Assembly (NCBI GenBank): GCA_037834085.1
Contig: JBBMKC010222788.1
Coordinates: forward strand, 1 to 33,901
Length of the DNA: 33,901 nt
Source: Bipalium vagum
Taxonomy: Eukaryota
Reading direction: 5' to 3'
The notes under the pieces are model-generated. The model had not been told where the DNA came from, searched no databases, and saw only the letters and a list, made by a program, of their open reading frames with translations. The translations under genes and the position numbers were made by a program. Below are positions 24,101-32,759 of the stretch, one piece after another (within the stretch, counting starts at the first letter, position 1; each line of letters opens with the position of its first letter).

Positions 24101-27100
24101 AATTATTATCCAATGTTACTGAGAAGTTGTTAATAGAATCCCTGGTGGATGTCGGTATAACATGAGAACCAGAACAATTTGGAAATGTTGAACTTCCACA
24201 GAACTCGTCATTTGATGAATACGATTCTAATCGATATTTTGAGGCCGAACGGGAAAGTATCAAATGCTCGTCATTATTCATTTCGATATTTCTGTTTTTA
24301 AACAAATCATCATTATCTGTTTCTATCAATTTGTCAGGAACAAGATTAATCTTAATTTCAGAAACTTCCATGTCCAAATTAGAGGTCCCATCATCAATCA
24401 AAATATTGGTTATTTCATCGTTTAAGTTTTGAGCGCCAGTTAACTTTTCATCACAATTTTCTATTTTTAATTCCCCAATTTTTTCGATTCCCGTGTACGA
24501 TATTTGAACTGAAATATGTTTTGAATGTAGATCGATCGTTTCATGAACAATTTCGGTTTTCGTCGTACAATAATCACTAAAAATCAAATTATTCATATCA
24601 TTTTCACATAAAATTGGATTTGAATCCCTTTTCTGTCCGATCACTGAAAATTCAGAATTTTTTTGGTCTAACATGGATAATTGATTGTCAATATTTACAT
24701 TATTCTCAACCACAACCTCGGTTTCGCAAAGTTCTGATATTTGAACGGGATCAGTAGCTTTTACCAAGATTAAATCGTTTGTGTTCCGAAATGTTTGAAT
24801 AGAACCATCGTCACTATTCGTCATCAATCCAAGTTGTTCCAAATCAGAACCATGTTGAGAAATATTACTTAATCGATCTTTTATATATTCATCATGAGAT
24901 ACATCGATTTTCAGACTGATTTTGTCTTCAATTGTCAACCCGTTCTCTTCATTAATCGTATTTTTTTCATCAATGGAACTAGTTTCACAATTTTCAAACT
25001 TATCTTGTTTAGTTAAACTATCTTCAGAAATATTTTCCAATACTGAATATTGATTTTTTACAATCGACCCATTATTATCAATATGCTGTTCACAATTTGA
25101 GTTCGGTTCTTCAACGAAGAAATTTTTATCCATAGAAGCTCTTTCCGGAACTTCTTCAACAATCAAATATTGATTTTCTACAGTTTCATTTTTCTGAGTT
25201 CCTTCAGAAATAGAATCTCTTTCTTTTATCGAATAATTTTCCTCAATTACGGTTAGATTCCTGATATCATTCTCAGAAATCTTTTCACAAACTGAATTCC
25301 CTTCCTTTTCGTTCAAATCAAATTCAGAACCCATGACAAAGACTATATATTTATTTTCTTTAATCGATTCATTTATTAGTATTTCTTCATTTTTTGAAAT
25401 CTGTTCCTTGACCAGGATGCCATCATCGTTTAACAAATCTTCTTCACAAATTGGAATGTTTCTTTCTTTTTTTAAAAAATCGATTCCAGGAATCGTTTCC
25501 GAACTCGAATGTGAATAGTGTTCTTTAATAGTATCATTTTCAGAATTTCTTTCCAGTATAATGACCCGTTCATTGATAAAGACTTTATTTTCACCAGTTC
25601 CTTCTCTTATTGAAACTCGTTCTACTTCCAAATCATTTTCATCTTCGATCAATCTCTTCGTTTTACAATCGATATTATTCCCAGAAATCTTTTCACAAAC
25701 TGAAATCTGTTCCTTCACCGAATGACTTTTAAAAGTACCTACATAGATTGGATGTTGATTATCTTTAATCACGACGTTATCTTCACAAATCTCGACTTTT
25801 ACCTTTGCTGCTACTTCATCGTTTTGACAGTCCGTTATTTCACTCGAAGGACTACTACTACTATTACCGGATTTCAGTACAGGAATTTCAGTTGTACAAT
25901 CTCTTTCCAGAATACAGTCCCCAATGGGAATATCAATTGTTGAAATCTCATCACAAATTAGAACTTTTTCCTCTTCCACTGAATTTTTTTCACAGATCAA
26001 ATATCGATCTTCAATTGTATTGTCTAAATTGTAATTTGTTTCATTTCTAGATAACTTCTGTTCGCCAGTAACAATAGGATCAACAAAAGTTTGATGACAG
26101 CATAAAATACTTTCCTCTTCTAACGATGTTTGTCCATTATCACTTTTAACAATCGAATATTTATCCCCTTGAATCATATCTTCATCTATGACTCTGTTTT
26201 CATCACCTTGGGAGTTTTGTTCCTCATGTTCACTAATTGTATTATACTCGTCACTAACAATCTTATCGACGGAAATTACATCATTAGACGAATTTTGCAT
26301 ATATTTTTTTAAAGAAGATATTTTGTTGGAAACAAAGTATGATTCGTCATCGGTATCATCAATACCGGGAATTTTTTCATGCAAGAAACCAAGATTTTTA
26401 TTGAGATCATTGCCTAGAATTCTTGAGAAAATTAATATCTCTTCATCTTTGATTTCGTTCTGAAGCATCGATTCACTGATTGAATATTCCTCTTCCTGCT
26501 TTTGCTTTTGTTTCTCTTTATCAATATCATTCCCTAAAATCCTTTCGTGTTCTTTTTCTTTAATATTATGTTCTTCTGTAATCATGTCATTTTCAAATGT
26601 TTCACAAAATGACTGTTCTTCTTCTGGTTTGATTTCAACAATCTCTGGGGTTTTCACAGGATTTTGAGTTTCACTGACATTCTGTGGACTTTTAACCAAA
26701 TTATCACATAGTTCCATTTCACAATCTTCATTATAAAAAGACGTTTTACAGATAGTACTATTTTCCTCTTCAATACAATTTCCCACTTGATTCTCTTCAC
26801 AACTAGGATATTGATCTGTCGGGAAAAAATCATTGTGAGACATCTCACAAACCAATTGTTCTCTCTTAATTGTATCATTCTGTGGAATGATTATTCTTTG
26901 ACAAACAAAATCTTGTAATTCTTCATCATCATCATTCCCGATCAAAAATTCAGTCCCATCAATCGATTTTTCTTCTTTAAATTTGTGACTAATTGAAGTT
27001 TCTGTACTACCTGAATCATATTGAACAAGATTCTCTGAAAGTTCTTTTTCAATTTCTAATTCTTGTTTCACTTGACATTTGTCAAGGATCTCTGGAACGA

Positions 27101-28070
27101 TTTCATTCATTATGTTTGCATGTTCATTTCTTTCTCCATCAAACTCTACTTTATCAATCGAGACTTTGTTAAACCAATCTAAATCATGTTCCATATTTTG
27201 ATTTCCTTCCATTAATTCTGGAGAATTAGCGCATTGTTGAGAGATAATAGATAATGATGCGCTTTGATTAATTTCACCCATATTCAAAACAACTGGTGAT
27301 TTCTTTGACAGTTCTTCCTCGAGTTCCAATGCTAAATTTTTCCCATCTTGTTTCACTTCTTCATCTAATTCCAATTGATTGTTATCCGATGATTTTACCG
27401 TCAATTCTGAATTTCTAGCAGCACTATCGGAACAATTATTATAATCGATAATTTCATCACGCATTTCGTCTGTTTTACTACTATCAGAACTACTATCGGA
27501 ATCAATAATTTTTCTTGTTTTCCTCCAGCGATTTTTATCTTTAAATGATAATGATATGTCCAATTCAGATTCACTCGTCTCATTATTCTTATCATCACCG
27601 AAATCCGTAATCAATTTAAATGTTGTTTTCTGTTTCACCATTTTCTTTCTCATCCAATCATCTGTTTTATGGCACGTTCTCTTGGCAGCTTGATTTAACA
27701 TTTTTTCTTCAGAATCTATTTCTGAATCCTTTTCCAGTTCAATATTCTTCCTTATCTTTCTTTGGTTAACTTTACTTATATGGACTGATTGACTTTTATT
27801 CACTGATCGAACATTGGATGTTTTCTTAGACTTGGGCAAAACATGTGATGGTGATGAATCACAGATTTTTTTGTCACTATGAGGTTTGATAGACGGTAAC
27901 ATGAAAACAGATTCCACGTCGCGATTCGTCAGACGAATCAAATTCACCAATCCACAATCCAGCGCTACAGCTGCCCAGCAATAGGCCTGAATATTAGGAT
28001 TGATAGCAACGTTTGTAATGAGCGGATAAGCAACTGATTCGTATTGGTCATACAATTGCATCATGTCGTC
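21105..28070 (-). CDS. Giant 6966-nt terminal coding exon (last WD40 blade plus ~2270-aa low-complexity tail)
   Basis: Uninterrupted ORF of more than 2300 codons in very AT-rich DNA. Acceptor ttcag at 28075-28071 is in phase with the upstream exon; stop TAA at 21107-21105; AATAAA on - at 21013-21008. Confidence 0.93.
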   Translation of the reverse strand, partial: DDMMQLYDQYESVAYPLITNVAINPNIQAYCWAAVALDCGLVNLIRLTNRDVESVFMLPSIKPHSDKKICDSSPSHVLPKSKKTSNVRSVNKSQSVHISKVNQRKIRKNIELEKDSEIDSEEKMLNQAAKRTCHKTDDWMRKKMVKQKTTFKLITDFGDDKNNETSESELDISLSFKDKNRWRKTRKIIDSDSSSDSSKTDEMRDEIIDYNNCSDSAARNSELTVKSSDNNQLELDEEVKQDGKNLALELEEELSKKSPVVLNMGEINQSASLSIISQQCANSPELMEGNQNMEHDLDWFNKVSIDKVEFDGERNEHANIMNEIVPEILDKCQVKQELEIEKELSENLVQYDSGSTETSISHKFKEEKSIDGTEFLIGNDDDEELQDFVCQRIIIPQNDTIKREQLVCEMSHNDFFPTDQYPSCEENQVGNCIEEENSTICKTSFYNEDCEMELCDNLVKSPQNVSETQNPVKTPEIVEIKPEEEQSFCETFENDMITEEHNIKEKEHERILGNDIDKEKQKQKQEEEYSISESMLQNEIKDEEILIFSRILGNDLNKNLGFLHEKIPGIDDTDDESYFVSNKISSLKKYMQNSSNDVISVDKIVSDEYNTISEHEEQNSQGDENRVIDEDMIQGDKYSIVKSDNGQTSLEEESILCCHQTFVDPIVTGEQKLSRNETNYNLDNTIEDRYLICEKNSVEEEKVLICDEISTIDIPIGDCILERDCTTEIPVLKSGNSSSSPSSEITDCQNDEVAAKVKVEICEDNVVIKDNQHPIYVGTFKSHSVKEQISVCEKISGNNIDCKTKRLIEDENDLEVERVSIREGTGENKVFINERVIILERNSENDTIKEHYSHSSSETIPGIDFLKKERNIPICEEDLLNDDGILVKEQISKNEEILINESIKENKYIVFVMGSEFDLNEKEGNSVCEKISENDIRNLTVIEENYSIKERDSISEGTQKNETVENQYLIVEEVPERASMDKNFFVEEPNSNCEQHIDNNGSIVKNQYSVLENISEDSLTKQDKFENCETSSIDEKNTINEENGLTIEDKISLKIDVSHDEYIKDRLSNISQHGSDLEQLGLMTNSDDGSIQTFRNTNDLILVKATDPVQISELCETEVVVENNVNIDNQLSMLDQKNSEFSVIGQKRDSNPILCENDMNNLIFSDYCTTKTEIVHETIDLHSKHISVQISYTGIEKIGELKIENCDEKLTGAQNLNDEITNILIDDGTSNLDMEVSEIKINLVPDKLIETDNDDLFKNRNIEMNNDEHLILSRSASKYRLESYSSNDEFCGSSTFPNCSGSHVIPTSTRDSINNFSVTLDNNSINKIDDGKSNEKSELLNFEKNNKTNVMITGEIDKKNVSASLTEDTYVMPETIDYFSLKNVEVEKTNPRSQSGNSDEPQETIIGSEPNLPVKIQIVLDTKDYEVDNYIDFEEVSECGDAGGSSDAACCSLIDDGLYNSENEVSQVVSKPSDVEQKIEECIDLSNEYLSEMGKHDRDDQNEFEQKIVSCNPKSRENVFQFINKIQDNYLYYDKSSIGHKMSKIVSTINDFKSSKENESIKKTTGSISIDHDVGNIEDKEGRNDLDLKKSIWDPSNYNSKNQNSTDKIVNENRFDIIDDLEDESENLKINDGKINEIKMKKENHNNQDDIYNSGSNEIDKNELKLEIENLSLKDQENVILLCNEAKKKRKKIDLKREKIENSSTNETENKMIKEELGVLCSKNFENYKFLNIRVVLVQDNNLITKNETSEEMKKKTIEQKEIHLPPSPQHDCQKKEIINEYVTSNDTDSERSSLTRQKRRIIPSAKYSMYKENLIKSRMRRHRCDGVKTEFSYSTSSSIVSKSSTLIFVDKDEFDEKTDIQTKIDRKSITNSDRDETKIFVDKGRNQTSSLCRKRKITDHLMNDDDDGDPVKKQKIEKFKVETSTGKMKLSLVSDVSSKRSQNKSTNHCNNPLPVATDIQSPYHDRRIQGVRSCPRLRTVQMNKNYHLSLSPVKENSDRTVSVKSEALESGKTLRLSKRLIAKTDNIANTTMGSLCCDKRETKTLPQTHLDSSHSVESKGSLENKNFQDSAINAEINCSTRFNETSSKNRINKIGIKKSIVLKSKSIQKVRLNRLKVQRKKNIRIPFQKDLSESVVTSVDDKKQRRTTRASIQKLYSNSGEKPVQRLTRMNLKKTIVDNCAVNNTMSGIKTKTRMDKDDGICSSDYNADGSTDISNSLSQMFDEQERKRKPVLRSNRELKNCESRVIDIERYWWHDKEFEVELVQPSGTKGSKNSKGDVRKIKGIYLDREPILNKIVQVKNLPGKSSLKNQDVIVKRIIY

Positions 28071-30452
28071 CTGAATCAATGAAAAAACTCTTAAATCTCA
28101 ATTAAACGTGATGAGATAGATAAGAAGAAAGTGAGAAAATTAAAAAAAGAGTAGAATTACATGACTTTCACAATCGACTAAGACGACTGATTTTGAGTAC
28201 TTGCTCTTCACGCATCGATAGTAATGAAAGCTCTATATGAAACAATAGATATTTATAAAGAGACGACTTTCAATTGTCTTACTTGGCGAATTTCTGAAAA
28301 ATCTTCATCGTCTTTCGTTTCCGTGAGTGCTTCAACAATGGTCGTGTGGTTCAATGAAATGATTATTAATTCACCTTCTGTAGCCACAATTATAGAATTG
28401 AGATAATCACAGAATTGAACGGACTGAAACGAGAAGATCAATAAATAATCGATGATAAGATCAAAATCTGATACCTGAATTCCAGATATTGGTATGATGA
28501 CTTTACAGTTGGTCAAAATCGTTTTAATGACAATTTTATCTTTGGTTTCTGGTACCGCTATCAAAAGATCGCTTCGGCGAGGCCATAAAACTGCACCCAG
28601 TGCATATTCGGACCTTATGATGTCAACTGGTAGGTTACTGGAGGTTATATCGATTGTGAAATTGAAGCCATATTCTTTGCTGGATACAACTTCACCGATT
28701 AATAATAACAAAATCAGAAAGAATAAACGAAGAGAAAAACAATACCTGAAACGTTAAATTGCTGCCAACTCATTGGAGAAAACGAAATAGATTTAATGGA
28801 ATCGTATGCCACTCTCTTTTTGAATACCGGAATTAAATAATGATGTTCATTGTCATATCGAGTGAAATGAGTACAAGACAAGTCATATAGGGCTACAAAG
28901 CCTGAAAATAGCAATAGTTTTATATTATAAATTATTATTATATTTTTTTATTATGATGTAAAATATGTTTTGATAATTCTATAATAGTCACGGTAAATGT
29001 CAGTTTAAAATGAAATGACAAAATTTAAAAATTGAATGACAAAATTTAAAAATGACGTGACAAACCCGGTATATATTTTTTATTATTGAAATCGATTATT
29101 TTTATGTTAATTATTTATTATATTTATCATCATTATTATTATCAGTTCTTAACTCGATTTTCATATGCATAAACCATTTTTACCTCTAGAATATCCTACA
29201 ACAAGTTTTGAACAAAATTGACTTTTCCAATCAACACAAGTTGGATTTCCAAACCGATCTTCTTTTTCTGAACCGATCGTATTAAAATTTAAAAAGACTA
29301 AAAAATTATTACCAATGGAATAAGACGAGCTTATTGCCAGTCTCATGATGTTGCAATCATCAATTTTCAGAACAATCGATTTATCGGAGTTCACAGAATT
29401 GGAAGAAAATTCGTCCAACTGTTCTTTGGAAAATTTTGGGACGGGAATAATTCGCAAAAATTTATCTGCACAAACCAGTAATAAATGTCCATATAATGAT
29501 TGTGGTGATTCAAGCTGATTGTTAATGTTGGTATATTTGAATCCTTTGATCGACTCAGCATCTAAATGATTGGGAGAGATCCATAACATGTTAATGATGT
29601 TTTCTTTGTCGAAAAGTAAACTGTATTTCAGTTCGGTTGTTGATCCTCTACAATGGGACAAAGATGATAATTTCCACACAAATAATATCGATTACAAGTT
29701 CGCATATGAACCATAATCCCATATTTGAATGATGTTCACTGAACCTTCATTTTTCGTAAGCACCTGTTTCGACTTTGTTTCCCCATCTACAGTTCTTAAG
29801 CAAGCGAGAATTTCATTTTCTGACGATGTTATATTGGGGCACCAGGACAATTGGGAAATGTTAGCACCAAAATTAGCGTAACCTTGTTAAACCAAAATTA
29901 ATGCCCACCTAAATTAATAAAATACATACACCCAGCACTTTGCAGTGTTACCAATTTTTTTTTCAAATTACTTTTCTTGATATGAATTTCGATACCTTTC
30001 TCTTCAATTGTTTTGTCATCTTTATTATTATCTCTAAAAAAAAATATTAGAATAACTCAATTGAAAATAGTATCAGTACTGGAATTCTATACATGACCAG
30101 GAGAGCTTCTTTGGAAATAGTTGATTGTGACGAGTACCTAGACTATTACGTTCAACGTCACAGACTTCTCTATTTAAAGAAAATTTAATAAAATATGAAG
30201 ATTTAGCTTTACATAGGCTGCTCAAGAAAAGGAGAAAGAGATTTCTGAAAAATTAATGTCTCCTTTACAAATTTCTTCAAATAAAAATCTTGGATTGTAT
30301 CTTCTGTCGAATACCTTTGCCATTTAATGTGACTTTTATAAAATAATTCCAAATAATTATCAACAGAATTAGAATATGGTGAACCTATTAAAGTATATAC
30401 GTCACATGAATTTATATTAATAATGCAATTTACAATAATCAACCATATCCAT
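21105..30452 (-). CDS. GTF3C2: General transcription factor IIIC subunit 2 (TFIIIC110/Tfc6)-like WD40 protein with a very long C-terminal extension, ~2846 aa
   Basis: 12 GT-AG, phase-consistent exons: 30452-30434 (ATG), 30384-30213, 30169-30080, 30033-29930, 29882-29696, 29647-29313, 29267-29184, 28901-28746, 28689-28475, 28423-28283, 28232-28161, 28070-21105 (total 8541 nt). Motifs in GTF3C2 order: NFGANISQLSWCP, IIQIWD, GHLLLVCADKFLRIIPVP, PTCVDW, LVVGYSRGFVALYDL, IKSISFSP and ITNVAINPNIQAYCWAAVALDCGLVNLI (cf. human [28 protein letters not shown]). Confidence 0.72.
24950..26600 (-). repeat. Degenerate ~17-19-aa coding tandem repeats
   Basis: Examples: EEYSISESMLQNEIKD / EEILIFSRILGNDLNK / EQISVCEKISGNNIDCK / ERVIILERNSENDTIKE / EQISKNEEILINESIKE / GNSVCEKISENDI. 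An identical 23-mer cagaaatcttttcacaaactgaa occurs at ~25274 and ~25682. Confidence 0.6.
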
Positions 30453-30999
30453 GAACTTTATTTAATATTTTATATAAATATTTAAATTATTTGTAAAACA
30501 TTATTTAAATAAACACATTACTGAAAATTCATTAAAAATGATACTATTTAAAAAGTTTAAAAATAAATGAGTTTAAATAACAATAAAAATTGGAAAATAG
30601 AAAATGTTGATTTTTTTATGAAATTTGTAACGAATTTTTGATATTAAATAGCTTAGGTCGTTTTTTGCAAAATTAATTAACAGATAAGATTAAAATTGAT
30701 AAAAGCTAAACTTATATATATTTGATGTTTTTTATCAAACTTTAAAATTTCAAAATACAAATACTTAAGAAATAAAAGTATCAAATTTTTCATGGATTAA
30801 TTATAATTATAGATTATTAACTTTAATTAAAAATAAAATACTTAACTGGTTAATAAATTAATTATATATATTTATTTAAATATATTTAGCTTATATCAAG
30901 TAAAATTTTTATGATTAATTTTGATAATATTTTGGATCTTATTCGATTTAAATACCGTTGAAATGGCATTTTTTTATTTTCTCAAATTCAGTCAGTAAT

Positions 31000-32236
31000 T
31001 TCGACCTAGTCATAGGATCGAGATCCAGCTAATTCTCTTTTTAAAACTACCAAAGTTCTTTCATGTCCTCTTCAAAAGACACCACTCAGTAACAGTTTAC
31101 TCATAAATAGTTCCCGGCTTCCTATCTTCTTCCAGCATTTCTTAATCAATACAGTAACCGAATCACCAGAATCCTATAGTATTTCAACAATCTGTCAAAC
31201 TGTCTTCACCCAACTCCACTGTCTATCATCAACTATTTTAAACATCGGTACATCCTTTACACTTCGATTTCTATTCAGAGATTGGCTGGACTCAACAGAT
31301 AAAATGTGATCAATGAAGTCTGTAATATTTTTTACATCATAGTCTGTGTCGTCTTGTAAACTCTCATCTTCACATATACAATTCAATGGATAACATCGTG
31401 AGATTTCTCATTCCACTTTCTATAATGATCCCGCTATACTGGTCTGATTGATTTTAAGTCCATGTATTCAGAAGTTTTAATTGTTTTTAATATTATCCAC
31501 CTTGAACCATCTCTGCGTAATGTCGATGTCGTACTGCGTTTACTTGCACTATTCCCTATTCTCATAAAACTTTGCCGAATATCTGATCTCTTCTATATTA
31601 ATATCTGATTTTGTCATGAGTATTTCTTTGACTCAATTGCTTCTTGTTCTTTTTAGCAGGAAATCTGTAACCCTTTCTTCCAGTGATAATCCAGAATCCA
31701 TTAAGTTGCTTAAGTGATTACGAACTCAAATCTCGAATGTTGTGAACCTCTCATCCGCGTTTTTCTTAACTTCTGCTAGGTCCATTTACAATCTATACAA
31801 ATGAGTTTGTCACCAAAATTATTTTCTTAAACCACCTCATTGCTTCTTCTTTTGCTTCGCAGTTTTCTTTTTGAAATTCTTCCACAATGCAGCAGCTTTC
31901 TTCTATAGCAAAAGATAAAAAAATGACCAAACATAGATAACTTTTGCTAAATCACTTGTTGATTTTCTTTATCCAGCGCTTTGCTTCTGATGACCTCTGT
32001 CCATTAAATTTACGGATCTGTACTTGTTTTGGTAAAGCATCAAGAAGCTTCTTCTTTCTTGACTTCTCGTAACGACATTAATCTTTTTGGTATGGTCGTC
32101 AATTAGATCTTCTTTCCTATTAATTAATAAAACGGATTTGATTTTTCAAGAATAGTCGAATTCTAATTAAAATTTTCAAGCTGGTTTGTGTGTTTCGTGA
32201 CAAAATTTCAGCGGCTTTTATAGTGATTGTTGATTG
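31000..32236 (-). mobile_element. Degenerate Ty3/gypsy LTR retrotransposon fragment (possible 5' LTR remnant, gag, aspartic protease)
   Basis: Minus strand: LPKQVQIRKFNGQRSSEAKRWIKK, EAMRWF and KKNADERFTTFEI (gag-like). VEIL*DSGDSVTVLIKKCWKKIGSREL at ~31190-31110 (DSG protease) is in frame with ORF 31386-31195. Upstream are tataaaag and a degenerate PBS-like ttgacgacca (~32104). Confidence 0.75.
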
Positions 32237-32488
32237 TTTGAACCCAGGACCTATCACATGCGCATAGACTGCTCTGACCACTGAGCTACATCTCCGACTA
32301 ATATTCGATTTATCTCATATCCCTCTCCTTTAAAGCTCACATCCATCTCCTTAACCGCCCCGAGTCTCTTTACTTCATTTCCATTTCATTCCTTTACATT
32401 TTTAATTTCGAGACCTCGTCCGCTGGTTGGTGTCCTGGTGTGGTCACAATGTTAACTGAAAATTATTCGGAGATACTGGGATTCGAAC
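32237..32488. mobile_element. Circularly permuted ~245-bp LTR-like unit containing a tRNA-derived Pol III cassette
   Basis: Internal junction GGTCACA-a-TGTTAAC (32442-32456). Ends tttgaac (32237-32243) and ttcgaac (32482-32488) overlap to rebuild a full cloverleaf inside a TG...CA unit. Confidence 0.6.
32240..32295 (-). pseudogene. tRNA-Ala(CGC)-like sequence, 5' portion through the T-loop (non-functional, repeat-borne)
   Basis: GGAGATG TA GCTC AGTGGTCA GAGC A GTCTA TGCGCAT GTGAT AGGTC CTGGG TTC. A-box and D-stem are intact, the anticodon stem is mismatched, and the 3' acceptor strand is absent here but present at 32488-32469. Confidence 0.75.
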
Positions 32489-32759
32489 GTACAAAATTTT
32501 ATTTCACGAACATGTTTTTCTTCCACGAACATAAATGTACGCCTATTGTGGCTTTTTTTCAATCTTCATTTTGGAGCAGGTCGTCATCGCAGTCGTCGAG
32601 ATCTTCAGCAGCATCATCAGACTGGCGTTGATTTTCATCGTCAATTTCGTTGAGTTCGGAGAAGTTCACTGATTGTCTTCAAACATATCTGTGAAAATTC
32701 CATTGCGCAGCACTCCATTTTATATTCAAAAGAAGATTACAATTGGCATTTTCCAAACC

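Noticed and set aside
21220-27598. Many short ORFs overlapping the giant exon (opposite strand or alternate frame)
   Set aside because: Shadow ORFs of a long coding exon, with no independent motifs or splice support.
28985-29070. Small duplication aatgacaaaatttaaaaat (x2) in the 282-nt intron
   Set aside because: Too short and AT-rich to assign to an element.
32240-32295. Functional tRNA-Ala gene
   Set aside because: Acceptor 3' strand is not contiguous, the anticodon stem is broken and there is no G3:U70.
32469-32488. Primer-binding site for the + strand gypsy element
   Set aside because: Lacks the TGG start, sits ~20 nt from the CA end, and is better explained as the missing half of the adjacent tRNA cassette.
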